A stretch of DNA of 64,000 nucleotides from an uncultured Roseibium sp. (GCF_947496995.1 NZ_CANMFD010000001.1:242692-306691); one strand, 5' to 3'. Shown: positions 28,703 to 37,644, numbered from the stretch's first letter. Numbers and translations are program-made. Notes: generated by a model not told the origin, from the letters alone.

Positions 28703-29557
28703 ATGAGCGCACTTCCCCCCTATGCGTCCCCGTTGCAGCGGACCTGGTACTATTCCTTCCGGGTGATCTGCGGACTGATCTTCTTCTTCCTGATCTTTCC
28801 GATCCTGGTGATCCTGCCGCTGAGCTTCAATGCGCAGGATTTCTTCACCTTCACCAAGGAAATGCTGGCGCTTAACCCGGCCGGCTATTCCTTCAAGCAC
28901 TATCAGGACTTCTTCACCAATCCGGACTGGCAGCAGGCCCTGACCAACTCGGTGATGATCGCGCCAGTGGCGACGCTGCTGGCGACGTCCTTCGGAACCA
29001 TCGCCGCGGTTGGCCTGTCCCAGTCCCATGTGCCCTACAAGCCGGCCATCATGGCCGTGTTGATCTCGCCGATGATCGTGCCGCTGATCATTTCCGCCGC
29101 CGGCATGTATTTCTTCTATTCGCGCATCGGGCTGCAGGGCACCTACTGGGGTGTCGTGCTGGCCCACGCCGCACTCGGCACCCCCTTCGTGATCATCACG
29201 GTGACGGCAACGCTGGTCGGCTTCGACCGATCCCTGGTTCGAGCCTCGGCAAGCCTGGGCGCCAACCCGGTCACCACCTTCTTCAAGGTGCAGATGCCGC
29301 TGATCGTCCCGGGTGTCGTCTCCGGCGCCCTGTTCGCCTTCATCACCTCCTTCGACGAAGTGGTGGTCGTCCTGTTCCTGGGCTCGGCCGGGCAGAAGAC
29401 ACTGCCCTGGCAGATGTTCACCGGGCTGCGCGAACAGATTTCACCGACCATCCTTGCAGTGGCATCGCTGATGGTGGCGATCTCGATCGTCCTTCTGACC
29501 GTACTGGAGATGCTGCGCCGCAGGTCGGAACGGCTGAGGGGACTTACGCCGGGCTGA
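28703..29557 (+). CDS. ABC transporter permease (PotC-like)
   Basis: Six predicted TM helices. EAA loop ASASLGANPVTTFFKVQMP. Confidence 0.85.
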   Translation: MSALPPYASPLQRTWYYSFRVICGLIFFFLIFPILVILPLSFNAQDFFTFTKEMLALNPAGYSFKHYQDFFTNPDWQQALTNSVMIAPVATLLATSFGTIAAVGLSQSHVPYKPAIMAVLISPMIVPLIISAAGMYFFYSRIGLQGTYWGVVLAHAALGTPFVIITVTATLVGFDRSLVRASASLGANPVTTFFKVQMPLIVPGVVSGALFAFITSFDEVVVVLFLGSAGQKTLPWQMFTGLREQISPTILAVASLMVAISIVLLTVLEMLRRRSERLRGLTPG

Positions 29558-29679
29558 TCCGGCAAGGAGCCGCGACCGGCTCCGCTGCATTCCACAGGAG
29601 CCGGTGGCGGAACGCCAGCCACCGGGGGACGGGTCCGAAGGACTTTCCCGGCAGCAGACAATCTGATTACGGGCCTGGC

Positions 29680-29720
29680 GGGCCGGCTTCTTTTTCGGAA
29701 GCCGGCCCGTTTTGCGTTTC
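29680..29720 (+). terminator. rho-independent terminator after the ABC importer operon
   Basis: Perfect 11-bp stem GGGCCGGCTTC / GAAGCCGGCCC (29680-29690 / 29698-29708), followed by GTTTTGCGTTT. Confidence 0.7.
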
Positions 29721-29809
29721 AGGCCCGAAAACCGGAAGCCGGAACCCTGGGAACCGGCAACGCCAAAAGCAACCCGGGTCGGGGACCCGAAGGAAAAAGG
29801 AGAACTTCC

Positions 29810-31033
29810 ATGAGTGACGACATGATCCGCATCTACGAGATGAACAATGGAGAAAAGGCTTTCTCACCGTTCTCGCCCTCGGAGATGGACCGCCGGCAGA
29901 CAGGGCTCAGAACGCTCATGGCGAAGCGGGAAATCGACGCCTGCCTGTTCACCTCCTATCACAACATCTGTTACTACTCCGGCTTCCTCTATTGCTACTT
30001 CGGCCGCAAATACGGCTTCCTCGTTACCCCGGAAAACGCGACCTCCATTGCCGCCGGCATCGACGGCGGCCAGCCCTGGCGCCGGACGCATGGCGACACG
30101 GTCATCTATACGGACTGGCGGCGAGACAATTATTTCCATGCCATCCAGTCACTGCTGGCGATGCCGAACCCGTCAGTCAAACGGATCGGTATCGAGTTCG
30201 ATCACGTCTCTCTCGATCTCCTGAAGCAGCTTGAAGCGGCGCTGCCGGGTGTCGAGCTCGTGGATATCGCCGCGGACGCCATGGCGCAGCGCACGATCAA
30301 GAGCGCGGAGGAGCATGTGCTGATCCGCGAAGGCGCACGCATATGCGATGTTGGAGGAGCCGCCCTTGTGGAGGCCGTCGCGGCCGGCGTTCCTGAACAC
30401 GAAGTGGCGATGGCCTCAACCAACGCCATGATCCGCGAGATCGCCGGATCGTTCCCTTTCGTGGAATTGATGGACACCTGGACCTGGTTCCAGTCGGGCA
30501 TCAACACGGACGGTGCGCACAACCCGGTCACCAACAAGAAGGTCGAGTCCGGCGACATTCTCAGCCTCAACTGCTTTCCGATGATCTTCGGCTATTACAC
30601 GGCTCTGGAGCGCACCCTCTTTTGCGATCACGTCCCGGACGCGCATCTGCGGCTGTGGGAAGTCAATTGCCATGTGCATCGCGAGGGCCTGAAGCTGATC
30701 CGGCCGGGCGCCCGGTGCCGCGATATTGCGGCAGAACTCAACGACATCTACCGCAGCCATGATCTTCTGAAATACCGCAGCTTCGGCTACGGACATTCCT
30801 TCGGCGTTCTCAGCCACTACTACGGCCGCGAGGCCTCGGTGGAACTGCGCGAGGATGTCGATACGGTGCTTGAACCGGGTATGGTGGTCTCCATGGAACC
30901 GATGATCATGGTCCCGGAAGGCCAGGCAGGCGCAGGTGGCTACCGCGAGCACGACATCCTGATCGTGACGGAAACCAGCGCTGAAAACATAACCGGTTTT
31001 CCGTTCGGTCCGGAGCACAACATCGTCGGCTAG
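29810..31033 (+). CDS. creatinase (creatine amidinohydrolase), M24 family
   Basis: Near-collinear with Pseudomonas putida creatinase as I recall it. Shared strings: FTSYHNI.YYS.FLYC.FGR, DGGQPWRR, YTDW.RDNYF, MDTWTWFQSGINTDGAHNPVT, SLNCFPMI.GYYTALERTLF, FGYGHSFG.LSHYYGREA and EPGMVVSMEPMIM.PEG..GAGGYREHDILIV. Confidence 0.88.
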   Translation: MSDDMIRIYEMNNGEKAFSPFSPSEMDRRQTGLRTLMAKREIDACLFTSYHNICYYSGFLYCYFGRKYGFLVTPENATSIAAGIDGGQPWRRTHGDTVIYTDWRRDNYFHAIQSLLAMPNPSVKRIGIEFDHVSLDLLKQLEAALPGVELVDIAADAMAQRTIKSAEEHVLIREGARICDVGGAALVEAVAAGVPEHEVAMASTNAMIREIAGSFPFVELMDTWTWFQSGINTDGAHNPVTNKKVESGDILSLNCFPMIFGYYTALERTLFCDHVPDAHLRLWEVNCHVHREGLKLIRPGARCRDIAAELNDIYRSHDLLKYRSFGYGHSFGVLSHYYGREASVELREDVDTVLEPGMVVSMEPMIMVPEGQAGAGGYREHDILIVTETSAENITGFPFGPEHNIVG

Positions 31034-31462
31034 AGCGTCGCGTTCAAACGGATAGATGGATTCGGGAAGACGCTCGCGGCAGCACTAGCATTGCGATGCG
31101 TTCGAGCGATTTCCTGAATTCAATTTAGCGCGACATGCTCTGGAAAAACGCCGGCGTGTCATGACGGCTCATTCGCAGATGTCTGCGGCGCAATGGACGT
31201 CCGCCGCAGGATCTGCCGGGCTTCCGCCCCCGACGGGGCTCGCGTATCTGTCCTGCCGGACCCGGGCATGACAGGGCAAGTCAAAGATGAAATCCCGCTC
31301 TCGTGCCGCTAGTGAAAGAAATCGGCGCGAGCGTTGCTGTTGATAATTCTTTGGAAATAGGCGACACCGTATTGTTAAATACACTTATTATCGATGACAC
31401 GTATGATAACGGCTGAATTTCCAGGTTCATCGTAAAACCGTATCTCACCGCATCGGGGTACG

Positions 31463-32011
31463 ATGGACTACGCCAACGGGGGAATAGAAATGCCTGAACC
31501 TTCTGAAGTCTCGTTGCCGGGCTCGGATTTGCCGCAGATGCTTCAGATGGATTTGGATATCGGGGATTTTTGCTCGAACTGGGCGCATTGCGATCTTCTT
31601 TCCGCATATCTCGCCCGGATGGTCAGTCACAACCGCCTCGATTCACTCCTGTTTTCAAATCTTTATTCCTCCGCGCTGAACGAATTGCTGGAAACCGTTT
31701 TCAGGGTTCACGGCAAGTCGGGCAAGCTGGAATGCTCGGTCCGGCGGCAGGGTGGTCTGGACCGGATCGAACTGGTTTTTCCGGCGGACGAAGACACGTT
31801 CCGGGTTTACAGCGAAGCGATCGACAAGCTGTCCGGCAAGGATGCGGAAAAGCTGTATCTGGAAGCGTTGTTTACCGAGGACGAACCGGACGCAAGTCTG
31901 GGACTTCTGGAACTCGGTGTCGATTACGGCGCCAGGCTTGCCATCGACCGGGCCGGCGACGGCCGGATGTGTCTGGTCGCCGAACTCACGCTTGAGGACG
32001 AAAACGAATGA
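31463..32011 (+). CDS. degenerate GHKL (SiaB/RsbW-like, 'slr1658-type') paralogue, probable pseudokinase
   Basis: Alignable by eye with 35571-36116 but lacks the N-box Asn and the Gly-rich lid. An alternative start at ATG 31490 has a better SD (GGGGGA). Stop overlaps the next gene (ATGA). Confidence 0.6.
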   Translation: MDYANGGIEMPEPSEVSLPGSDLPQMLQMDLDIGDFCSNWAHCDLLSAYLARMVSHNRLDSLLFSNLYSSALNELLETVFRVHGKSGKLECSVRRQGGLDRIELVFPADEDTFRVYSEAIDKLSGKDAEKLYLEALFTEDEPDASLGLLELGVDYGARLAIDRAGDGRMCLVAELTLEDENE

Positions 32012-33186
32012 TTGCGGAAAATTCCACCCAGGCGTTTCAGTGGACCTATAACGAAAACGATCAGGAGTTCGCCCTGCACGGCAGCCTCCGCCCGCAGAAG
32101 GCGGAAGAGCTGAGCAACTGCATTTCGGCGCTCGATCAGTCTGTTTCCAACGTCAGCGGCAAATTCTACGTGAATGTCCGCCGCCTGGTGCGCATGAACA
32201 ATGTCGCCTTCCATGCCATCGCCTGCAAGATCCTGGATCTGGTGCGCGGTCGCAGCGACCTCGACGTCCATGTGACCACGTCGAGCGTTGTTGGCTGGGC
32301 AACGCGAAAGTTCGCGGTCCTGGAAACCATGTCCGACAAGATCACGGTGAGCGAATACGACAGCGAGTTCTACCCGGGTCAGTCCTTTGTCGAGGATAGT
32401 GAATTCATCCACGTCCTGCGCACCCAGACGAAATTGACGTGGAAGCATGAAAAGGACCTGCTGCGACAGCACGGCCTGAAGCCCGGCATGCAGGTTGCCG
32501 ACATCTGCTGCGGGATCGGTGATTTCGCGGTCCTTTTGCAGAAGGAATTCAGCCCGGACCGGCTGGTCGCGCTGGATCATTCCAAATCGAGCCTCGATTA
32601 TGCGCGTCAGGTTGCCGCGGACTTCGGCATCAAGGGGATCGACTATGTTTTCGGCGATGCGGCCGACATGCTGCTGGAGGACAATCAGTTCGATTTCGTC
32701 ACCTGCAGGCATTCCCTCCAGGTTTTCGACCGACCCGAACTGATCCTCAAGGAACTCTTCCGGATCTGCAAACCGGGCGGCCGGATCTACGTCACCAACG
32801 AGAAGAACTCCCATTGCCTGGGCGAGCCGCGCGGCGAGTCGATCCAGTGGACCTACAACGAGGTCGCCAAGCTCTGGCATCATTTCGACATGGACATCGA
32901 GATCGGCCCGAAAAGCCGGCGCTTGCTGATCGAAGGCGGCTTCGAGGATGTGACCATCGGCTCCTTCATGGTCACCAGCACCGATGGTGACCCGCAGGGC
33001 TTCGCCGATATCATTGCCTCGTGGAAGAACCTCTTCGCCGGCAAGATGGCAAGCGAGCGCGGTGACGATGCGGCTTTTGTCGAGCGTTTCGCCAAGGGAT
33101 TTGACGACCACATCTTTGCGGCGCTTCACCCCAAGGGATATGCCGGATGGCCGATCTGGGTGGCCTCGGGGCGCAAGCCGCTATGA
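32008..33186 (+). CDS. fusion protein: N-terminal STAS/SiaC-like ('slr1659-type') domain + class I SAM-dependent methyltransferase
   Basis: Residues ~1-115 are paralogous to the 112 aa protein at 36148-36486. MTase motifs present: VADICCGIGDF, ALDHS, FDFVTCRHSL, KPGGRIYV. Confidence 0.7.
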   Translation: MIAENSTQAFQWTYNENDQEFALHGSLRPQKAEELSNCISALDQSVSNVSGKFYVNVRRLVRMNNVAFHAIACKILDLVRGRSDLDVHVTTSSVVGWATRKFAVLETMSDKITVSEYDSEFYPGQSFVEDSEFIHVLRTQTKLTWKHEKDLLRQHGLKPGMQVADICCGIGDFAVLLQKEFSPDRLVALDHSKSSLDYARQVAADFGIKGIDYVFGDAADMLLEDNQFDFVTCRHSLQVFDRPELILKELFRICKPGGRIYVTNEKNSHCLGEPRGESIQWTYNEVAKLWHHFDMDIEIGPKSRRLLIEGGFEDVTIGSFMVTSTDGDPQGFADIIASWKNLFAGKMASERGDDAAFVERFAKGFDDHIFAALHPKGYAGWPIWVASGRKPL

Positions 33187-35567
33187 CGACACCGGCTACC
33201 ACTTCGCCGAGCGAAAAGCAGATCGGCCGCTTTTCGCTGCGCAGCTTCCGCGCCAAGTTCATGCTGGTCGTGGGCGCCGCGGTTCTGTTCGACCTCGCGC
33301 TTGCAGGCGGCATCGGCATCTGGAACGTCCAGCGGCTGTCTAAGGACGCCACCCAGCAGGTCGGTGACGGTCTCACCACGGCGACCGAGGAATATCTCCA
33401 GACCTATATCGACACGACGGCGTTCCGGGCCGATCTGCTGATCGAGCGGGTGCACTCGGAACTCGCGACGCTCGCCACCACCATGCAGACGCTGATCGAT
33501 CATCCTGAAATCCAGGAAGCGGTCGGCGATACCGTGACCGGCAGCCCGGATTTTTCCTCGCCTCTGGCTTATGACGCCAACGGTGGATGGGCCCAGAACG
33601 AGGCCGGCGTGCCCTCGGCCGTCAGCGTCTGGGGATACCTGCTCGACGAAAACAGGCAACCGGTGCCCAAAGCCGCCGAAGAGCTGAAAAAGAGTGCCTT
33701 CCTCAGCCTCGTCGGCCCTTCGATGATGTCGACGGGCGCGCCCAAGCTGCAAATCTATTATGTCGGCCCGAAAGACGCCTCGATCATGCGGGCGACCCCT
33801 TATTCCGAACAGGCGCAGACGTTCGATCTGCTCTATCCGGGACACAACGAAGGCCCGAACTTCTGGGACTTCTTTTTCCCCGGCGTCTATGAAGGCTGGC
33901 AGGCATGGATCGCGGACCCGTCCTCGAAGCCGGTGGACTCCAACATCGTCACCACGGCGCCCTATGTGGACGCGATCACCGGCGAACTGATCGTCAGCTT
34001 CTTTCATCCGCTATGGTCGAGCGACCGCAAGGACCTGGCCGGCATGGTGGCGGTCGACATCACCCTTGAACAGCTCACATCGCTGGTCGAGAGTCTTGAA
34101 ATTTCCGAGACCGGCTTCGGCTTCCTGGCCATGTCCGACGGCAATGTGGTGGCGACCAACTCCATAGGCGAGGAAACCCTGGGTCTCGTTTCCACCGATG
34201 TCAGCGGTCAGGGCGTCACCGGGGTCAACCGGAACCTGAAGGAAAGCAGCCAGGCCGCGATTGCCTCGCTTGAGCTCAATGCGACCCATGAAACGGTCAT
34301 CGAGCATATCTTCCTCGATCAGGGCGGCGAGGAAGTGCCCTATCTTCTCGTGCTCAAGCAGCTCAATCCCACCAACCTGTGGGACGGGGCGGGGATCACC
34401 GGTGAAACGATGACCCTCGGGTTCGTCGTCTCGGAGCGGGAAATCTACCAGTCCCTGATCGACGCGACCGACAATATCTCCGCCGCAACGACGCGCATCC
34501 TGAACTATCAGATCATCGCTTTCTTCTTCAGCATCGTGGTGGTCTTCCTGGCTGTCTACGCGATCTCCGGTCGTATCACCAAAGGCCTGTCGCGGCTGGC
34601 AGATGCTGCCAGGGCGTTGCAGAACAAGGACTATTCCGTCCGCGTCGAGATCCCCACCCGTGACGAAGTGGCGGCGGTGGGCCTGGCGTTCAATCGCATG
34701 GCGGAAGAGATCAGCTATCATACCGAGAACCTGGAAAACCTGGTCGAGGAACGCACCAAAAAGCTGGAGACCGCCAACAGCGAGATCGTCGCGCTGAATG
34801 CACGCCTGAAGTCCGAAAACAGCAGGCTGGGCGCCGAGCTCGACATCGCCAAGCGTATTCAGGAGATGGTGCTTCCGCGCCTCAGCGAGCTGGAAATCAT
34901 CCCGCAGATCGAGATCGCCGCCTTCATGGAGCCGGCGGACGAGGTCGGCGGAGACTATTACGACGTTCTGTTCGACGGCGAGCACATCAAGGTCGGTATC
35001 GGCGACGTGACCGGTCACGGGCTGGAAAGCGGCGTCCTGATGCTGATGGTCCAGTCTGTCGCCCTGGCGCTGCAGGAAAAGGGTGACAGGGATCCTGTCG
35101 CCTTTCTCGATGTCCTGAACCGGGCGGTCTTCAAGAACATCACCAGGACCCGCTCCGACAAGCACCTGACGCTGGCCTTTGTCGATTATCACGAAGGCAA
35201 GGTGACCTTGTCCGGCCAGCACGAAGAGGTTCTGATCATTCGCGCGAACGGCGAAACGGAACGCATCGACACCATCGATCTCGGCTTCCCGGTCGGTCTT
35301 GAAGAGGACATCTCACCCTTCGTCGCCACCCTGGACATGCCCTTCGGGCCGGAGGATGTTCTCATCCTGCACACGGACGGCATCACCGAAGCGGAAAACG
35401 ACAAGGGCGAGATGTTCGGCATCGATCGGCTCAGCGAGAGTGCACATGAAAACCGGCTGAAATCGGCGAAGGGTATTGCGGAAGCGGTCATACTTGATGT
35501 CAAGTCGCATATTGGCGGGCATAAGGTATTCGATGACATCACACTTGTCGTACTGAAGCATAGGTAG
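33183..35567 (+). CDS. membrane sensor PP2C/SpoIIE phosphatase (TM - Cache-like periplasmic domain - TM - HAMP - coiled coil - PP2C), SiaA/RsbU-like
   Basis: TM1 FMLVVGAAVLFDLALAGGIGIW and TM2 IIAFFFSIVVVFLAVYAI. HAMP region (GLSRLADAARALQNKDYSVRVEI…EVAAVGLAFNRMAEE). PP2C motifs GGDYYD, IGDVTGHG and LHTDGITE. Start at ATG 33183 overlaps the upstream stop. Confidence 0.85.
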   Translation: MTTPATTSPSEKQIGRFSLRSFRAKFMLVVGAAVLFDLALAGGIGIWNVQRLSKDATQQVGDGLTTATEEYLQTYIDTTAFRADLLIERVHSELATLATTMQTLIDHPEIQEAVGDTVTGSPDFSSPLAYDANGGWAQNEAGVPSAVSVWGYLLDENRQPVPKAAEELKKSAFLSLVGPSMMSTGAPKLQIYYVGPKDASIMRATPYSEQAQTFDLLYPGHNEGPNFWDFFFPGVYEGWQAWIADPSSKPVDSNIVTTAPYVDAITGELIVSFFHPLWSSDRKDLAGMVAVDITLEQLTSLVESLEISETGFGFLAMSDGNVVATNSIGEETLGLVSTDVSGQGVTGVNRNLKESSQAAIASLELNATHETVIEHIFLDQGGEEVPYLLVLKQLNPTNLWDGAGITGETMTLGFVVSEREIYQSLIDATDNISAATTRILNYQIIAFFFSIVVVFLAVYAISGRITKGLSRLADAARALQNKDYSVRVEIPTRDEVAAVGLAFNRMAEEISYHTENLENLVEERTKKLETANSEIVALNARLKSENSRLGAELDIAKRIQEMVLPRLSELEIIPQIEIAAFMEPADEVGGDYYDVLFDGEHIKVGIGDVTGHGLESGVLMLMVQSVALALQEKGDRDPVAFLDVLNRAVFKNITRTRSDKHLTLAFVDYHEGKVTLSGQHEEVLIIRANGETERIDTIDLGFPVGLEEDISPFVATLDMPFGPEDVLILHTDGITEAENDKGEMFGIDRLSESAHENRLKSAKGIAEAVILDVKSHIGGHKVFDDITLVVLKHR

Positions 35568-35570
35568 GGT

Positions 35571-36116
35571 ATGGTCGAGGATTACGGAAATACGGCTGCA
35601 GTCAACGGCGCCGATGCCAGGCGCTTTGCCCTCAAGCTGATGGCGGAGCCACTGGAGTTGAGCTGGCATCATTGCGGTGTCACCTCCGATTTCTTCGGCG
35701 AGTATTTCAGCCGCGCCTGCGACGGCAGCGTGGATGCTGTGGACGCCCGCCACAGCATCAGCTACATGATCAACGAGATCCTGGAAAACGCCATCAAGTT
35801 CCGCAAAGGCGGCAATATCGACATCACCGGCAGCCTGGAGGACGGGACGTTCGAACTCCTGATCAGGAACCGGATCGATGCGGGCACGGCGGAAAGCTTC
35901 AAGGCACACCTTGCGCAACTGCTCGAGCGTGAGCCGGGCGAGCTGTTGCTGGAGCGCATCGAGGAAAATGCTCTCAATCCGGACTCGACCGGTTCGGGAC
36001 TTGGAATCCTCACGCTCATGAGCGATTACGAAGCCAAATTGGGCTGGTCTTTCGCCTCCGAGCATGTAAGTGAAGGCGTAGAGTTGACGACCTATGCGTC
36101 TTTGCGACTTTCCTGA
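35571..36116 (+). CDS. GHKL-type serine/threonine kinase / anti-sigma-factor-like protein (SiaB/RsbW-like, 'slr1658-type')
   Basis: 181 aa. N-box NEILENAIKF and G-box DSTGSGLGILTL. Starts 3 nt after the phosphatase stop. Confidence 0.7.
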   Translation: MVEDYGNTAAVNGADARRFALKLMAEPLELSWHHCGVTSDFFGEYFSRACDGSVDAVDARHSISYMINEILENAIKFRKGGNIDITGSLEDGTFELLIRNRIDAGTAESFKAHLAQLLEREPGELLLERIEENALNPDSTGSGLGILTLMSDYEAKLGWSFASEHVSEGVELTTYASLRLS

Positions 36117-36147
36117 TCGCTGAAATATTCCAAAGGAAGACACCACA

Positions 36148-36486
36148 ATGGAAATCAGCACGAACGATTACCGCGTTTGGACTGAAGGTTCGACCATCCA
36201 CTATGAAGGTACGATGCGGCTCTCCGGCACGGATGCCTACGCGCCGATCCTGGAAGCCATGAATTCCATTCTGGCCGCCAAGCCGGAACTCATCACGCTT
36301 GACCTGACTAGCCTGCAGTTTCTCAACAGCTCGGGCATCAACCTGCTTGCCAAATTCACCATCGAAATCAGGAAGCAGCCGGAAGTCGGCGTCCGGGTTC
36401 TCGGGTCGAAGTCGATCCCCTGGCAATCGAAATCCCTCCGTAACCTGCAGCGTCTGCACCCCGCCCTGGAACTGACGATTTCCTGA
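36148..36486 (+). CDS. small STAS/SiaC-like partner-switching protein ('slr1659-type')
   Basis: 112 aa. LITLDLTSLQFLNSSGINLL resembles the phospho-acceptor loop of anti-anti-sigma factors and SiaC. SD AAGGAAG lies upstream. Confidence 0.65.
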   Translation: MEISTNDYRVWTEGSTIHYEGTMRLSGTDAYAPILEAMNSILAAKPELITLDLTSLQFLNSSGINLLAKFTIEIRKQPEVGVRVLGSKSIPWQSKSLRNLQRLHPALELTIS

Positions 36487-36684
36487 CCGCAATGCGGTCA
36501 GCCGCCTGAAGGTATCCGGGTGAATTTCCGCCTGGAAAGCCCGCTGCGGTTCGATGTTTTCCGGTGTGCAGCCATGCTGCAGGCGCGGCGCGCCCCGCCG
36601 CTCCGCTGATCTCCGCGCATTTTCCCTAAAGTTGGAACGGATCTTCACTTCAGGCGTTTGCCCCGCAACAGCGGGGTATATCGC

Positions 36685-37644
36685 ATGGAATTTTCTGAAG
36701 AGAACAGGCAGGAGCTGCCGGAGCCGTCTGGCGCCCGGTCCACACGTCGCGTCGGCGTCGAAATCGAATTCGGCGGACTGACCGCGATTGAAGCAGCCGA
36801 AGTCGTCGTTGCGCAGCTTGGGGGCGATATCGAGAAGATCGACAGGCACCGCTACCGTCTCGTTGGTACGGCGCTGGGAGACTTCAAGGTCGAGCTCGAC
36901 AGCAAATACGTGCACAGCGAGGACGACGCCTCGGACCTGGAACGCAAGGTCCGCAGCTTTGCCGGTGATCTGACAGGACCGATCGTTCCGACCGAGTTGG
37001 TCACCGATCCTTTGCCGGTTTCCCGGATCGGGGAAATCGACGCGCTGCTTGACCGCCTCGTCGCAGCCGGGGCGCTCGGCACGCAGCAGCTTCATCTGGC
37101 CTGCGGGCTGCATCTCAATGTCGAGTGGAACGACCGGGATATCCTGCCCATCTTGCGTATCCTGCAGGCCTACCTGATCAGTTCGCCTGACCTCCGCCGT
37201 GAGATTGCGCCCGATCCGATGAGGACACTGCTGCCGTTTATCGGTCACTTTCCGGAGGACTATCAGGACAAGGTTCTGGCCCCGGACTACCAACCGGATT
37301 TCAAGCGCTTTGTCGTCGATTACTGCCGCGCCAACCCGTCGAAGAACCGCGAGCTGGACCTGTTGCCGCTGCTCGCTTCGATTGATGAGGACACCGTCGC
37401 GGAAGCGCTCGGTCACCCGCCGGAGGCCGTGCGCCCCGCGTTCCACTACCGTCTGCCCAACGCCTCCCTTGGCGAGAGCAACTGGTCGATCGAAAAGGAA
37501 TGGGATCGCTGGTTGTCCGTGGAGGCGCTGGCAGTGGATGAGGACAGGCTCAAGGCCGCTCTGTCCGCACGAAAAATGCCCGACACCAAACAGGAAGAGA
37601 CGGGGACCTTTACCCGGATACTCAAGCGGGTGATCGGCAAATGA
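36685..37644 (+). CDS. Amidoligase_2-family (glutamine-synthetase-fold) COOH-NH2 ligase, substrate unknown
   Basis: The N-terminal RRVGVEIEFGG strand motif and size (~320 aa) fit the putative amidoligase family. Start chosen at MEFSEENR (ATG 36685). Confidence 0.55.
   Translation: MEFSEENRQELPEPSGARSTRRVGVEIEFGGLTAIEAAEVVVAQLGGDIEKIDRHRYRLVGTALGDFKVELDSKYVHSEDDASDLERKVRSFAGDLTGPIVPTELVTDPLPVSRIGEIDALLDRLVAAGALGTQQLHLACGLHLNVEWNDRDILPILRILQAYLISSPDLRREIAPDPMRTLLPFIGHFPEDYQDKVLAPDYQPDFKRFVVDYCRANPSKNRELDLLPLLASIDEDTVAEALGHPPEAVRPAFHYRLPNASLGESNWSIEKEWDRWLSVEALAVDEDRLKAALSARKMPDTKQEETGTFTRILKRVIGK

Noticed and set aside
31032-31141. Imperfect inverted repeat AGAGCGTCGCG … CGCGACATGCTCT, with an inner GAGCGTC/GACGCTC hairpin, just after the creatinase stop. 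It resembles the short intergenic repeat (REP/MITE-like) elements of alphaproteobacteria.
   Set aside because: Only one copy is in the window, so repeat-family status cannot be shown. The arms are short and mismatched. It may simply be a weak terminator.
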